Assembly: GCF_009914755.1 (NCBI RefSeq)
Contig: NC_060932.1
Direction: 5' to 3' (one strand)
DNA length: 64,000 nucleotides
From: the human T2T-CHM13v2.0 reference genome, Homo sapiens
Of this stretch, positions 59,551 through 64,000 are shown piece after piece. The notes under the pieces are model-generated. The model was not told the origin of the DNA. It searched no databases and worked only from the letters and a program-made list of their open reading frames with translations. A program made the position numbers and the translations under genes. How positions within the stretch are numbered: the stretch's first letter is position 1; the number at the start of each line of letters is the position of its first letter.

Positions 59551-61171
59551 CCCTCCCCCTCCCCCTCCCTCTTTGCACGGACTCCCTCTGATGCCAAGCC
59601 AAGGCTGGACTGTACTGCCGCCATCTCAACTCACTGCAACCTCCCTGCCTGATTCTCCTGCCTCAGCCTGCCAGTGCCTGGGATTGCAGGCGCGCGCCGC
59701 CACACCTGACTGGTTTTCGTATCTTTTGGTGGAGACAGGGTTTCGCCGTGTTGGCTGGGCTGGTCTCCAGCTCCTGACCGTGAGTGATCTGCCAGCCTCG
59801 GCCTCCCGAGGTGCCGGGATTGCAGACAGAGTCTCACTCACTCAGTGCTCAATGTTGCCCTGGCTGGATTGCAGTGGCATGATCTCGGCTCACTACAACC
59901 TCTACCTCCCAGCCGTCTGCCTTGGCCTCCCAAAGTGCCGAGATTGCAGCCTCTGCCCGGCCGCCACCCCGTCTAGGAAGTGAGGAGCGTCTCTGCCTGG
60001 CCGCCCATCATCTGGGATGTGAGGAGCCCCTCTGCCCGGCCGCCCAGTCTGGGAAGTCACAAGCGCCTCTTCCCGGCCGTCATCTCGTCTAGGAAGTGAG
60101 GAGCGTCTCTGCCCAGCCGCCCATCGTCTGGGATGTGGGGAGCACCTCTGCCCCGCCGCCCCATCTGAGATGTGAAGAGAGCCTCTGCCTGGCCGCGACC
60201 CCGTCTGGGAACTGAGGAGTGTCTCTGCACCGCCGCCACCCCGTCTGGGAGGTGCGGAGCGTCTCCGACGGGCCACCCCGTCTGAGAAGTGAGGAGCCCC
60301 TCCGCCCGGCAGCCGCCCGGTCTGGGAAGTGAGGAGCCCCTCCGCCTGGCAGCCGCCCCGTCTGGGAAGCGAGGAGCGTCTCCGCCCTGCAGCCGCCCCG
60401 TCCAGGAGGTGGGGGGCAGCCCCCGCCCGGCCAGCCACCCCATCCGGGAGGTGGCCAGCCCCCGCCCGGCCAGCCGCCCCATCCGGGAGGTGGGGGGCAG
60501 CCCCCGCCCGGCCAGCTGCACCATCTGGGAGGTGGGGGGCAGCCCCCGCCTGGCCGCCGCCCCGTCTGGGAGGTGGTGGGCGCCTCTGCCCGGCCGCCCT
60601 GTCTGTGAAGTGAGGAGCCCCTCTGCCTGGCCACCACCCTGTCTGGGAGGTGTACCCAACAGCTCATTGAGAACGGGCCATGATGACGATGGCGGTTTTG
60701 TCGAACAGAAAAGGAGGAAATGTGGAGAAAAGAAAGATCAGATTGATACTGTGTCTGTGTAGAAAGTAGTAGACATAGGAGACTCCATTTTGTTCCGTAC
60801 TAAGAGAAATTCTTCTGCCTTGGGATGCTGTTAATCTATAACCTTACCCCCAACCCCGTGCTCTCTGAAACATGTGCTGTGTCCACTAAGGGTTAAATGG
60901 ATTAAGGGCAGTGCAAGATGTGCTTTGTTAAACAGATGCTTGAAGGCAGCATACTCGTTAAGAGTCATCACCACTCCCTAATCTCAAGTACCCAGGGACA
61001 CAAACATTGCGGAAGGCGGCAGGGCCCTCTGCCTAGGAAAACCAGAGACCTTTGTTCACATGTTTATCTGCTGACCTTCCCTCCACTATTGTCCTATGAC
61101 CCTGCCAAATCCCCCTCTCCGAGAAACACCCAAGAATGATCAATAAATACTAAAAAAATTTAAAAAAAAAA
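59551..61171 (+). mobile_element. Near full-length SVA retrotransposon, antisense to UBE2W
   Basis: Short degenerate hexamer head, antisense Alu-like region, GC-rich VNTR (~59950-60650), SINE-R region, AATAAA 61142-61147, A-tail, and TSD agctaattc (59542-59550 and 61172-61180) at a TT/AAAA site. Confidence 0.95.
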
Positions 61172-61514
61172 AGCTAATTCTAATGCCATACACAAAAGAT
61201 AGATTAGCTACAAAGTTATAGAAATTAGAAGGCTACCATTTTAAGAACAATGATGTCAGCACTAGAAATCAGTAAAAATATATTTTATGTAAGTAAAACC
61301 ACCAATTTAAACTCCTATACCAAGCAAAACTAAGTTTAAAAAAAAATGGATGAAATAAAGATATGTGCAGACAAAAGTTTTACTACCAACAGTAACCAAC
61401 AAAAGATTAAACCCTGAATTCCTTCTGGAAAATGATCCCAAGGGACAGATCTGAGATGAAAGAATGGTGGGCAGATACTTAAAGTGTGTACATCTAAACA
61501 ATGAATAAAACAAT

Positions 61515-64000
<2,486 letters not shown>

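Noticed and set aside
59573-60762. Long overlapping 136-200 aa ORFs on both strands
   Set aside because: They arise from the stop-poor, GC-rich SVA Alu-like and VNTR regions.

Overview
Hominid (very probably human) DNA holding the 3' part of UBE2W (ubiquitin-conjugating enzyme E2 W) on the minus strand. Five coding exons (2-6) splice with GT-AG junctions into residues 6-151 (KRLQKELL...[15 protein letters not shown]...WWYHDDTC*). An AT-rich terminal exon follows, with several AATAAA sites and an inferred 3'UTR of up to about 7.9 kb. Exon 1 is not in the window. The introns are dense in Alus and also contain an SVA, a HERV-W retrocopy inside an Alu, MST/MLT1/MER51 LTRs, DNA-transposon fossils, L1/L2 remnants, a 7SL pseudogene and an RGS10 processed pseudogene. 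The three most interesting observations are: (1) the RGS10 retrocopy and a preceding MER21-like LTR segment lie within one target-site duplication and join at an apparent splice junction, suggesting a fossil LTR-driven chimeric RGS10 mRNA; (2) a tailless retrocopy of a 5' tRNA-Thr(TGT) half with a TSD and a possible pre-tRNA leader; (3) a candidate 22-nt microexon that would swap the UBE2W C-terminus. Repeat-family and gene assignments come from recalled consensus/protein sequences, not from database searches, and most repeat boundaries are approximate. Nearly all ORFs in the supplied track are repeat-derived or chance ORFs.
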